DNA of 32,000 nt from an uncultured Clostridia bacterium (lineage in GTDB: Bacteria; Bacillota; Clostridia; TANB77; CAG-508): contig CALXJJ010000007.1 in NCBI GenBank assembly GCA_944388605.1, forward strand, positions 29,424 to 61,423. The letters run 5' to 3'. The translations under genes were made by a program, and so were the position numbers. The notes under the pieces are model-generated. The model ran no database searches and was not told the DNA's origin. It worked only from the letters and a program-made list of their open reading frames with translations. Positions within the stretch are counted from its first letter, which is position 1. Each line of letters begins with the position of its first letter. Below, in pieces: positions 1 to 10,292 of this stretch.

Positions 1-3000
1 TTGAAAAAGATAGTATTTCTGGAAGAATTGCAAGACAGTTGTATCAGAAAAACACGATAGCAGTAAAAGGGTTTGAAGATGTAGAATTACCAGACTCATT
101 TTTTGATGTAGCAGTTGGTAATGTACCTTTTGGAGATTATAAACTTTATGATAAAAGATATGATAAAAATAAATTTCTAATACACGATTATTTCTTTGCT
201 AAAACACTTGATAAAGTAAGACCAAATGGAGTGGTAGCGTTTATTACAAGTAAAGGAACAATGGACAAAGAAAATGAAGATGTAAGAAGATATATATCAC
301 AAAGGGCAGAACTAATAGGAGCAATTAGATTACCAAACAATACTTTTAAGAAAAACGCTGGGACAGTAGTAACATCAGATATTATATTCTTAAAGAAAAG
401 AGATAAAATTGTAGATATAGAAGATGATTGGGTAGAAATTGCAGAAAATAAAGATGGAATTAAAATGAACAAATATTTTGTTGAACACCCAGAAATGATT
501 TTAGGAAAAATGGAAATGACAACAAGTAGGTTTGGTATGACATCAACTTGTAGTCCTTATGAAATTACATTAGATAATTTGTTAAGTGAGGCAGTAATAA
601 ATATAAATTCTGAAATAGAAGATTATCAACTAGATATAGAAGATGAGGAAGAAACAAGTATTCCAGCAGATGCAAGTGTAAGAAATTTCTCATATACAAT
701 TGTAGATAATCAAATATATTATAGAGAAAATAGTAGAATGTATTTACAAGAATTACCTTTGACTACTGTAAACAGAATAAAAGGTATGATAGCAATTAGA
801 GATTGTGTAAGAAATTTAATAGAATTACAAACAGATGATGCGTCTGAAGATGAGATAAAACAAGAACAGTTAAAACTAAATAGCTTATATGATAATTTTA
901 CAAAAACTTATGGAATAATAAATAGTAGAGCAAATGAGAAAGCATTTGATGAAGATAGTAGTTATTATTTATTATGCTCACTTGAAATTATTAATGAGAA
1001 TAAGCAATTTGTAAGAAAAGCAGATATGTTTACTAAAAGAACTATAAAACCTCACAAAGCAGTAACGAAAGTAAATAATAGTGTAGATGCTTTAATTGTT
1101 TCTATATCGGAAAAAGCAAAAGTTGATATGGAATATATGTGTAATCTAACAGGAAAGACAGAGCAAGAACTTTTAAAAGACCTTGAGGGAAGCATATATA
1201 AAGACCCTATGCAAGAAAACTATGTAACAGCAGATGAATATTTAAGTGGAAATGTAAGAGAAAAACTAAAAATAGCACGAGAATTTGCTAAAAATGATAA
1301 TCGATATAAAATAAATGTAAAAGCACTAGAACAAGTACAACCAAAAGACTTGTCAGCTAGTGAAATAAGTGTAAGATTAGGAGCAACTTGGATACCAATA
1401 GATATAGTAGAACAATTTATGTTTGAACTACTAAAACCTCAATCTGCTAATAGAAACAATATTAGTGTGCATTATTCTGAATATACTTCTGAATGGAATA
1501 TAAGTGGAAAGAGTGAAGATAAAGGAAATGTTTTAGCATATAGCACTTATGGAACAACAAGAGCAAATGCGTATAAAATAATAGAAACAACATTAAATTT
1601 GAAAGATATAAGAATTAACGATACAGTTATAGATGAACACGGAAAAGAACAAAAAGTTTTAAATGCAAAAGAAACAGCAATTGCACAAGCTAAACAGGAT
1701 AGAATAAAAGAAGAATTTATAGAGTGGATATGGAAAGATCAAGCTCGTAGAGAAAGGTTAGTTAAAATTTATAATGAACAATTTAATAGTATAAAACCTC
1801 GTGAGTATAATGGACAATACATTCAATTTGGTGGAATAAATCCAGAGATAAGTTTAAGAAAACATCAAATTGATGCAATAGCACATATTTTATATGGTGG
1901 AAATACATTATTAGCACACGAAGTTGGAGCAGGAAAAACCTTTGAAATGGTAGCTTCTGCGATGGAAAGTAAAAGACTTGGACTATGTAGCAAGTCTTTA
2001 TTTGTTGTACCAAATCACATTATTGAACAATTTGCTAGTGAGTTTTTGCAATTATATCCATCAGCAAATGTTCTAGTGGCAACTAAAAAGGATTTTGCAA
2101 CTAATAATCGTAAGAAATTTTGCAGTAAAATTGCAACAGGAGAATACGATGCAATAATTATTCGGACACTCACAATTTGAAAAAATTCCAATGTCAAAAG
2201 AAAGACAAGAAAAGGCATTAAGAAAACAAATAAATGATTTATTAAATGGTATTGATGATTTAAGAAGTAATGACGGAGAATATTATTCTATCAAGCAACT
2301 AGAAAAGAGTAAAGCAAAATTAGAAGAAAAATTAAAAAGGCTTAATGATCAAAGTAGAAAAGATGATATTGTAACTTTTGAGCAACTAGGATGCGATAGA
2401 ATATTCATTGATGAAGCTCACTATTTTAAGAATCTATTTTTATTTACAAAAATGAGAAATGTTGGAGGAATAGCACAGACAGAAGCACAAAAAAGCTCTG
2501 ACTTATTTATGAAATGTCAATATTTAGACGAACTTACAAGTGGAAGAGGAATTGTATTTGCAACAGGTACACCAATATCAAACTCAATGGTGGAAATGTA
2601 CACTATGCAAAGATATTTACAGTATAATACCCTTGCAAAAGCAAATTTATTACAATTTGATAGTTGGGCATCAACTTTTGGAGAAACAGTAACAGCAATG
2701 GAATTAGATGTTGCACGGAAGTCGGTTATAGAAGTAAAACAAGATTTGCAAAATTTTATAATTTACCAGAATTAGTATCGATGTTTAAGCAAATTGCAGA
2801 TATACAAACTGCTGAAACATTAAAATTACCAGTTCCTAAAGCTAATCATAAAACAATAGTAGTAAAACCAAGTGAAATACAAAAGGAGATGGTAAAGGGT
2901 CTAGGAGAAAGAGCAGAAAGAATAAGAAAAAAGCTTGTAAAACCAAATGTAGACAATATGCTAAAAATAACTAATGAGGGAAGAAAATTAGCACTAGACC

Positions 3001-4403
3001 AAAGGTTGCTTAATCCGATGATACCAGATTTTGAAGGTAGCAAGGTAAATGCTTGTGCTAATAATATATATGAAATATGGGAAAAGACAAAAGATAAAAA
3101 GTCAACTCAATTAGTATTTTGTGATTTATCAACACCAAAACCAATAGGTAGTGAAGCAAATCCTTTTGAAATGGAAAATGTAAATGGAGTATGGCAACTA
3201 AAAGAATGGCAATTTACAGATGTATATACAGATTTAAAAAGAAAGTTGGTAGCAAAAGGAATACCAGAAAATGAAATTGCTTTTATTCATACGGCAGATA
3301 CAGAAACAAAAAAGAAAGAGTTGTTTGCAAAAGTTAGAACAGGCGAAATAAGAGTGCTAATGGGGTCAACTGCTAAAATGGGTGCAGGTACAAATGTACA
3401 AAACAAAATTAAGGCAATACACCATTTAGATGTACCATTTAGACCATCTGATTTGCAACAACAAGATGGTAGAGGAGTAAGACAAGGAAATGAAAATGAC
3501 GAAATAGATATATTTAACTATGTAACAGAAGAAACATTTGATGCTTATATGTACCAAATGTTACAAAGAAAGCAAGAATTTATTAGTCAAATAATGACTT
3601 CAAAGGCAATAGTTCGTTCGGCAGATGATATAGATGATAAAGCACTTTCCTATGCAGAGATAAAAGCTTTGGCTGCAGGAAATCCACTAATAATTAGAAA
3701 AACAGAATTAGACAATAAAGTAGCAAAATTAAAACTATTAAAGCAAAATCATTTGAATCAAATTTATACACTTGAAGATATGATAGTAAAACATTATCCA
3801 GTAGAAATAAAAAGGTTAGAAGATAAAATTAGTAATATAGAAATTGATATAAAAAGTGTGGCAGATAATACTCATATAGATAATGAAGAAAAATTTTCTA
3901 CTATGTATTTAAAAGACAAGTCATATAATACAAAAGAGAGTGCAGGTAAGGAAATACTAGAAATTTGTAGTAAGAAAGAAAATACAACACCAGAGCTAAT
4001 AGGAGAGTATAGAGGATTAAAGATGCTTTTAGGCATAGATGGAATGAAAAAAAGTTTTATATTACATTTACAAGGCAAAGAAACTTATACACTTGATTTA
4101 GGAGATGATGCAAGAGGAAACATTACAAGAATTGAAAATGCAATTGATGGGATTGTAAAGGAGTTAGATAGTGCAAAAGAAAAACTGCAGGAAACAGAAA
4201 GGCAATTTAACAATGCAAAAGAAGAAGTAAAAGCACCTTTTAATAAAGAGGAAGAATTAAAAGAATTGACAAAGGAACTAGATGAAATTAATGCTTCTCT
4301 TAATTTAGATGAAAAAGACAAAGAAGTATTAGATGATGAAGAACAAGAAGAACAGGAAGAAAAAGAAGATAGAGATTATGACAGAGATGAGCCAGAGTTA
4401 TAG
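1..4403 (+). CDS. Large N6-adenine DNA methyltransferase + SNF2-family helicase fusion typical of conjugative elements. The 5' end lies outside the window. It is a single gene only if +1 shifts are made at CGG 2163, 2716 and 2723.
   Basis: Track ORFs 39..2180, 2191..2775 and 2664..4403 are consecutive pieces, and the frame stays open back to nt 3. Motifs: GNVPFG (amino-methylase motif IV), LAHEVGAGKT (helicase motif I), FIDEAHYFKN (motif II), MGSTAKMGAGTNVQ and DGRGVRQGN (C-terminal helicase lobe). Junctions restored by skipping one nt: AIII-G-HSQFEKIPMSKE and ELDVA-G-S-G-YRSKTRFAKF. Confidence 0.85.
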
Positions 4404-4437
4404 GCTCATATTCTGTTGGAAAGGAGCAGAAAATAAT

Positions 4438-5136
4438 ATGAAAACAGAAGATATTTTCAAACAAATTTATCAAGATTTAAAAGAAGAAATGTTAAAAAAC
4501 AATGGCGAAATATTTATAAAAAAGTACAAAATTCCTAGTATAAATTATAGTAAAATTGAAGATATAGATGATTTATGGTGGGCAAGTGGGATAGAAATGG
4601 AATTGCATAGAATGATGGAAAACTTTGATTATAAAGTATATTTTTCAAGTTATAAGGATAAATATTTCTTTGGAAATAATGGAGAAAAAGTACAAGAAAC
4701 AATGCTAAAAGAAATAGAAAACGAAAGGTTAAGAGAACAAATTGAAGCAAGAATTGAAGCAAGACAAGATGAAAAATATAAGCAAAAAACGAAAGAAAAA
4801 AAAGAAAGTCTAAAGCAAAAAATTGAAGAAAAATTAGATACAGAATATAAAGAATTAGTTGAAGAATTAAAAAAATGTACACCAGAAAAAATTATAGATC
4901 GTGCTTATGAACTAATTGTAAAAGATGAAATTATAGGTCAAATAAAAGAAATGAATTTAGACGAAACAGAAATAAAAGCATTGCTAAAAGAAAAAGATTT
5001 ACTTTCAGAATGTTATGAAGATTGGAGAAATGCTGACGGAAGATTAGGAGAAGTAATATACCCTACAATAGTTGATAGTATAGATATAATTACTGCAGAA
5101 TACGAAAGAGCAAAAGAGTCAAAAGAAAGTAGATGA
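4438..5136 (+). CDS. Conserved conjugative-element protein, DUF3848-like
   Basis: ATG at 4438 preceded by AAAGGAG (4421-4427). The upstream part of track ORF 4333 overlaps the helicase tail and is probably not translated. The C-terminal part (CTPEKIIDRAYELIVKDEI...LDETEIKALL) resembles DUF3848 proteins from memory. TGA stop at 5134-5136. Confidence 0.55.
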   Translation: MKTEDIFKQIYQDLKEEMLKNNGEIFIKKYKIPSINYSKIEDIDDLWWASGIEMELHRMMENFDYKVYFSSYKDKYFFGNNGEKVQETMLKEIENERLREQIEARIEARQDEKYKQKTKEKKESLKQKIEEKLDTEYKELVEELKKCTPEKIIDRAYELIVKDEIIGQIKEMNLDETEIKALLKEKDLLSECYEDWRNADGRLGEVIYPTIVDSIDIITAEYERAKESKESR

Positions 5137-5142
5137 TAGTTT

Positions 5143-6130
5143 ATGTCAAAAAAAGGAATATGGGTACATCCAGATATAATTGCAAAAGCAAAACAAGTTG
5201 ATTTATTAACTTATTTAGCGACTTGTGAGCCACAAGAACTTGTAAGGGAAACAAGAACACAATGGTGTACCAAAACACACGATAGTTTAAAAATATCTAA
5301 TGGATTTTGGAATTGGTGTTCTGTTGGTATAGGAGGAAAAAATGCAGTAGATTATATGGAAAAAGTGCAAAACATACCATACCCTTTATCAGCAAAAATT
5401 GTTGCAGACAGAATGAATATGAAAACACCAGTTGTTATAGAAACAAAAGAAAAAATAACGGAAAAACACTTGATTTTACCAGAGAAAAATAGCAATGAAG
5501 ATATAGTAAAACAATATCTAAAATCAAGAGGAATTGACCAAGAAATATTACAAAAATGTATTGAAAAACATTTGATTTATGAAGAAAAAAACTATCATAA
5601 TGTTGTATTTGTCGGTTATGATGAGTTTGGAAATGCAAAGTATGCAGGGTGCAGAGCAACAAATAGTAGTAAGTTTAAAAATGATGCAACAGGCAGTAGC
5701 AAAAATTACTCTTTTAGGTTAGAATCTAATATAAAAACAGATACAATTTATATATTTGAGGGAGCAATAGATTTATTATCTTTTGCTTCTTTTTTCAAAT
5801 TATATGGACAAAATTGGGAAGATAAAACAATGATTTCTCTTGCAGGAGTGTATCAACCAGCAAAATTAATTAAAGAAAGTAAAGTACCAATTGCAATAAA
5901 AAAATATTTAGATAAACATCCAGAAATTAAAAAAATTGTACTATGTTTAGATAATGATGAAGCAGGAAGAAATGCAACAAAAGCACTACAAACTGTTCTT
6001 TCAGACAAGTATGAAATTATAGATAAACCTCCTAAAATTCGGTAAAGATTATAACGAATATTTATGCAAAGTTTTAGGACTAAAACTACAAGAAAATAAT
6101 AAAAAAAAAGAAATAGAAAGGACTAGATAA
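5143..6130 (+). CDS. DUF3991/Toprim domain protein (primase-like). The C-terminus is recovered by a +1 shift at CGG 6040.
   Basis: Track ORF 5143..6045 ends ATT CGG TAA. Reading C-GGT gives PPKI-G-KDYNEYLCKVLGLKLQENNKKKEIERTR with stop at 6128-6130. G-KD-x-N-[ED]-x-L is the usual Toprim C-terminal motif. Toprim acidic motif LCLDNDEAGRNA lies upstream. Confidence 0.8.
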
Positions 6131-6134
6131 AATT

Positions 6135-6581
6135 ATGAAAAATTTTAAATTTATAATAAAAAAAATTGCAGAAAAAGAAATAGAAATAAAGGCAAAAAAT
6201 AAGCAAGAAGCATTAGAAAATCTTATTGAATTATTAAGTACAAATGAAAAATATTTATTCGAAAATATAGATAAAAATAAGCAAATTTATGAAATAAAAT
6301 TAGATGAAATTTCACACAATTTAAGTAAAGAAAATGAAGAAAAACAAGAAGAAAATTCTATAAAAACTGAACAAGAATTAGATAAGCTAATTAACGAAAT
6401 AATTAAACAAATTAAGGAAGATATTGTTGAAAGTTATATAGAAGATTGCAATGAAGAAGATGAAGAACTTGAAAAAGAAAATGAAACAAAAATTGAAGAT
6501 GATTTACCAAAAGAATATGAGGAAATTATATGTGAAAAATGTGGAAATTGTATTATTGTAGACAAAGACTTATTGTCCTAA
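6135..6581 (+). CDS. Acidic hypothetical protein with C-terminal CxxCxxC
   Basis: Track ORF of 148 aa. Glu/Lys-rich, ending ICEKCGNCIIV. Tightly packed after the Toprim gene. Confidence 0.55.
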   Translation: MKNFKFIIKKIAEKEIEIKAKNKQEALENLIELLSTNEKYLFENIDKNKQIYEIKLDEISHNLSKENEEKQEENSIKTEQELDKLINEIIKQIKEDIVESYIEDCNEEDEELEKENETKIEDDLPKEYEEIICEKCGNCIIVDKDLLS

Positions 6582-6589
6582 CAAGCAAG

Positions 6590-6630
6590 ACAAATGTGGC
6601 TACATTTGTTAAATTATGGGGCTATGCCCC
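6590..6630 (+). promoter_or_regulatory. Candidate oriT region: two hairpins directly upstream of mobC
   Basis: ACAAATGT-ggct-ACATTTGT (6590-6609) and the locally GC-rich GGGGC-tat-GCCCC (6618-6630), followed by AATCCCCA. They sit in the 85-nt gap before mobC and the relaxase gene, the usual place for oriT. Confidence 0.35.
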
Positions 6631-6666
6631 AATCCCCATTAAAAGAACAAAGAAAGGAGCAGAAAA

Positions 6667-6987
6667 GTGAAAGAAGAAACAAGAGATTTTATGTTACGAA
6701 TAAGAGTTAATCCAACAGAGTTAGAAACAATAAAGTCAAAAGCTAATAAGGCAGGTAAAAATGTTTCTGATTTTATGAGAGAATCTGCTTTAGGTTGTGA
6801 AATAAAAGAAAGACCAGATAAATCTGTTTACGATATAATAATAAAACCATTAAATGATTTCATAAGAGTATTAAATGAATTAGAAAGAAGTTCATATTGG
6901 AACAAGTCTTATGACGAAAGAATTTTACAAGCTGAAATTAAAAAGTGGCAAGAGTATAGAACAATGATAAGGGAAAGGTTGTGGTAA
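6667..6987 (+). CDS. mobC: Relaxosome accessory protein MobC
   Basis: 106 aa with GTG start after AAAGGAG. RIRVNPTELETIKSKANKAGKNVSDFMRESALG matches the MobC ribbon-helix-helix family pattern. Lies immediately upstream of the relaxase. Confidence 0.8.
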   Translation: MKEETRDFMLRIRVNPTELETIKSKANKAGKNVSDFMRESALGCEIKERPDKSVYDIIIKPLNDFIRVLNELERSSYWNKSYDERILQAEIKKWQEYRTMIRERLW

Positions 6988-6989
6988 AT

Positions 6990-8348
6990 ATGGCAACAAC
7001 AAGTTTATGGAAAGTTGAAAACAGACTTGATAAAGTTATAAAATATACGACTAATCCAGAGAAAACAGAAAATAAAAATTGGTACAAAGATTTACACAAT
7101 GCTATTGAATATACAAAAGCAGATTTTAAAACAGAAAAACAATTATATGTAACAGGAATAAATTGTAGTGAAGATAATACTTTACGAGATATGATATATA
7201 CTAAAAAAAGATATGGTAAAACAAAAGGTGTACTTGCATATCACGGTTTTCAATCATTTGCAAAGGGAGAGGTAACAGCAAAAGTTGCACACGAAATTGG
7301 AGTAAAACTTGCAGAAGAACTTTGGGGAGATAAATATGAGGTTATAGTTTCAACACATCTTAATACAAATCATTTGCATAACCATTTTCTTTTAAATTCT
7401 GTTTCATTTGTAGATGGAAGAAAATATAGAAATACAAGAGAAAATTATGCAATGATGAGAAAAACATCAGATGATTTATGCAGAGAATATGGATTAAGTG
7501 TGCTTGAAGAAAAACCGTGTGGAAAACACAAAATAGATTATACAAAATATTATACATCATATATACAAAAGTCAGATTATTATACTAATGCAAAAGAAGA
7601 TATTGATTATGCAATATCACAAGCATATTCATATAAAAATTTTGAAAAAATTTTAGAAGATATGGGATATACTATTAGAATAGGAGCAAATAAAATAAGT
7701 GTATGCAGACCACCATACAAAAGAAATATAAGAATAGAAAGAAATTTTGGCGAAGAATATTCTATACAAAACATTGAAGATAGAATATTAAATTCACAAG
7801 TTCCAAGAGTACCATTTCCAGAAGCAAAATCAAAAGTGAAAAGATATTACTCAAAAAGTAAATACAACTTAAATAAAGAAAGAGGAAGTTTATATAGATT
7901 ATATTTATATTACTGTTATTTATTAAGAAAATTTCCTAACAATAGAAATAAAGTCAAAATATCACAAGATATGAGAAAAGACATTAAGAAAATGGATACA
8001 ATATCTAATGAAATTAAGTTCCTTTGTAGAAATAATATAAAATCTACGGAGGAACTTTTTTTATATAAGAAGCAAACTATTGATAAAATAAATGCCCAGA
8101 TGCACACAAGAACAACTTTAAGAAGAAAAAGACAAAAAACTACTAATGCAGAAGAAAGGCAAAAATTGTGTGATGAAATTTTACAGTTATCAAATAGTAT
8201 TTTTGCATTAAAAAAGGAGGTGGGGTATTGCCAAGATATAGAAGAAAGAAAACAAAAGATAAAAGAAAATATTGAATATATGCAAGAAAAGGTAAAAGAA
8301 AATCAAAAAGGAAAGGAGAAAAACAATGAATTCATCAGATTCAGCTGA
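6990..8348 (+). CDS. Relaxase/mobilisation nuclease (MobA/VirD2-type relaxase domain)
   Basis: Track ORF 6981..8348, with ATG at 6990 the likely start. Histidine triad region HLNTNHLHNHFLLNSVSF and an N-terminal Tyr-containing segment. Position after mobC. Confidence 0.85.
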   Translation: MATTSLWKVENRLDKVIKYTTNPEKTENKNWYKDLHNAIEYTKADFKTEKQLYVTGINCSEDNTLRDMIYTKKRYGKTKGVLAYHGFQSFAKGEVTAKVAHEIGVKLAEELWGDKYEVIVSTHLNTNHLHNHFLLNSVSFVDGRKYRNTRENYAMMRKTSDDLCREYGLSVLEEKPCGKHKIDYTKYYTSYIQKSDYYTNAKEDIDYAISQAYSYKNFEKILEDMGYTIRIGANKISVCRPPYKRNIRIERNFGEEYSIQNIEDRILNSQVPRVPFPEAKSKVKRYYSKSKYNLNKERGSLYRLYLYYCYLLRKFPNNRNKVKISQDMRKDIKKMDTISNEIKFLCRNNIKSTEELFLYKKQTIDKINAQMHTRTTLRRKRQKTTNAEERQKLCDEILQLSNSIFALKKEVGYCQDIEERKQKIKENIEYMQEKVKENQKGKEKNNEFIRFS

Positions 8349-9183
8349 AGAACTTATAAAAATTTATTTGGATGGTGTAGGTTTTACTTTACGAATTGCA
8401 GGGGAGGGCTCAAAAAATCTTATAACATTTCTTGTTGCACTGTCAAAAGATAATAAAGTATCAAAAGGAAAAACTAGGCTTACTAATATGTTAAAAACAG
8501 GAAAAGAATTAAAAATATTCACAATAAGGTCAGAAAATCTAAAAAAATTCTCACAAGAAGCTAAAAAATATGGTGTTTTATATTGTGTATTAGCAGATAA
8601 AAAGAATGAGAAGATTGACGGACTTGTTGATATTATGGTTAGACAAGAAGATGCTTCAAAAGTTGACCGAATTGCAGAGAGATTTAATTTTACAGATATA
8701 GCAACGATAAAACACGAAATAGAAAAGGAAAAAGAAGATAGAGCAAAAGCAATAGAGGAAAAGAGCGAAGATGAAAAAATGATTGACGAACTATTAGCAG
8801 AGCCAGAAGAATTAAAACAAACAGAAGTAGTACAAGAATATTCTCCCAGTAATGAACAGACGGAAGAAAAGAGTCAGTTAAAGAATTCCTTAAATACCAA
8901 CAACAAATTAGAAAACGATAAATTATATAATAATGGAAAAAAATCAGTTAAAAAGGAACTAGAAGAAATTACTAAAGAATTAAAGAAAGAAAATCAAATT
9001 ACAACAGAGCAAACAGTTGCAACAGGAAATGTAGTTGTAAAAGAAAAACAAGAGCCAAAACATTTAAAACAAGAAACTGAAAAAAGTAAAGGAAAACATT
9101 TTAAAGAGCCAAAACATTTACAAACACAAAATAATAGGAAGAAAAGAAGAAAAAGAAATAAAATTAGAGAAAGGAGCAAATAA
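8326..9183 (+). CDS. PcfB-family (DUF3801) conjugation protein with Lys/Glu-rich tail
   Basis: The N-terminal 120 aa (ELIKIYLDGVGFTLRIAGEGSKNLITFLVAL...LKKFSQEAKKYGVLYCVL) fit the PcfB/DUF3801 pattern. Position between the relaxase and coupling protein genes. Confidence 0.7.
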   Translation: MNSSDSAEELIKIYLDGVGFTLRIAGEGSKNLITFLVALSKDNKVSKGKTRLTNMLKTGKELKIFTIRSENLKKFSQEAKKYGVLYCVLADKKNEKIDGLVDIMVRQEDASKVDRIAERFNFTDIATIKHEIEKEKEDRAKAIEEKSEDEKMIDELLAEPEELKQTEVVQEYSPSNEQTEEKSQLKNSLNTNNKLENDKLYNNGKKSVKKELEEITKELKKENQITTEQTVATGNVVVKEKQEPKHLKQETEKSKGKHFKEPKHLQTQNNRKKRRKRNKIRERSK

Positions 9184-9185
9184 AA

Positions 9186-10079
9186 ATGGATGAAATTGTC
9201 GAAGATTTATTAGGTACAAATAATAAAAGTACAGATAGCAGAGGTCAAAATAATAGTTATAAGAAGCCATATAATAAAAATAATAATTGGAAAGAACAAA
9301 ATCAAAAGAGAAATGAGGCTTATAAAAAAATAGATAATATGTCGTTAAAAATATCAAAAGATGGAAATATGTTTACACAATATCTTAATATATTAAGTAG
9401 GTTTGAAAAATATTCTGTTGGAAATTGTATGTTAATATTAGAAGCAGAGCCTAATGCCATACAAATAAAAGAAAAGCAAGATTGGATTGATAGAGGTTAT
9501 GAAATTACCCAACCTGAAAAGTCAATGACTATACTAGAACCTAATAAAGTAAATGGTAAAATATATTATAATCCAAAAGAAGAATATGATATATCAAGAA
9601 CAAATGCACCTATACCAGAGGAAACAGAATATACAGATAGAGATTTACTATTAGCATTATTTAAGGATTGCAAGGCAGAAAGAGAAGTTGTTGATGTATT
9701 ACCAAATGGAGAAAAAGGAGCAGAATATGTAGAAAGTGAAAATAAACTATATATGTGCAGAGGTTTAAAATCAGACTATTTGTTAAAAACAATTATACAA
9801 GAATTTGCAAGAATGGAAATGCAAGATATTGAAAATAGTGAAATGAAAGAATTTAAGACTTATTGCATTTCTTATATGATATGTAAAAAATATGGATTAG
9901 AAACTTCACAATTTGATTTTTCTAATCTACCAAATGAATTAGCAAACAAAGAAAAAGGAAAAGATATAAGAGTAGAATTAGATGATATTAGAAAAAACTT
10001 TATAACAGTAAATTCAAAAATTGCAGATTATTTTGAACAAGAAGAAAAATCAAGGAAAAATAAAGAAAAAGAAAGGTAG
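9186..10079 (+). CDS. ArdC-like N-terminal (ssDNA-binding, DUF1738-type) domain protein
   Basis: FEKYSVGNCMLILEAEPNAIQIKEKQDWIDRGYEITQPEKSMTILEP resembles the ArdC-N signature (YS..N..L......P.A.......W...G..V.KGEK.I.I). Assignment from memory only. Confidence 0.5.
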   Translation: MDEIVEDLLGTNNKSTDSRGQNNSYKKPYNKNNNWKEQNQKRNEAYKKIDNMSLKISKDGNMFTQYLNILSRFEKYSVGNCMLILEAEPNAIQIKEKQDWIDRGYEITQPEKSMTILEPNKVNGKIYYNPKEEYDISRTNAPIPEETEYTDRDLLLALFKDCKAEREVVDVLPNGEKGAEYVESENKLYMCRGLKSDYLLKTIIQEFARMEMQDIENSEMKEFKTYCISYMICKKYGLETSQFDFSNLPNELANKEKGKDIRVELDDIRKNFITVNSKIADYFEQEEKSRKNKEKER

Positions 10080-10088
10080 AAATAAAAG

Positions 10089-10292
10089 ATGGGAAATGAA
10101 CGAGTAATAGAATTAGACCAATATGAATTTAATACAGTTATAACACTCATAAACGAAAAGCGTAATGACCTTATAAGAGAAAAGAAGAATCCAGAGTATA
10201 TAACCGAAATATTAACAAAAGTAATAAAAGCCCCAACAAAGAAAAAATGCAGATTAAAATTTAAAAGGGAAAGGGAAATGTGTGAACGATAA
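10089..10292 (+). CDS. Small hypothetical protein (67 aa)
   Basis: Track ORF. Its stop overlaps the GTG start of the coupling protein gene. Confidence 0.4.
   Translation: MGNERVIELDQYEFNTVITLINEKRNDLIREKKNPEYITEILTKVIKAPTKKKCRLKFKREREMCER

Noticed and set aside
4333-4437. N-terminal extension of track ORF 4333..5136 (MMKNKKNRKKKKIEIMTEMSQSYRLIFCWKGAENN).
   Set aside because: It overlaps the 3' end of the helicase gene in another frame and has no RBS. The ATG at 4438 has a good AAAGGAG RBS.
5134-5136. Possible UGA reassignment (Mollicutes or Gracilibacteria-type code), given the very low GC.
   Set aside because: TGA ends genes at sensible positions (5134-5136, 24790-24792, 20997-20999) with the next start a few nt downstream. 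Trp is encoded by TGG throughout. No in-frame TGA interrupts a conserved domain.
9051-9120. 16-nt direct repeat AGAGCCAAAACATTTA (9051-9066 and 9105-9120).
   Set aside because: It lies inside the Lys/Glu-rich low-complexity tail of the PcfB-like gene and simply encodes a duplicated EPKHL peptide. There is no sign of a regulatory or mobile-element role.
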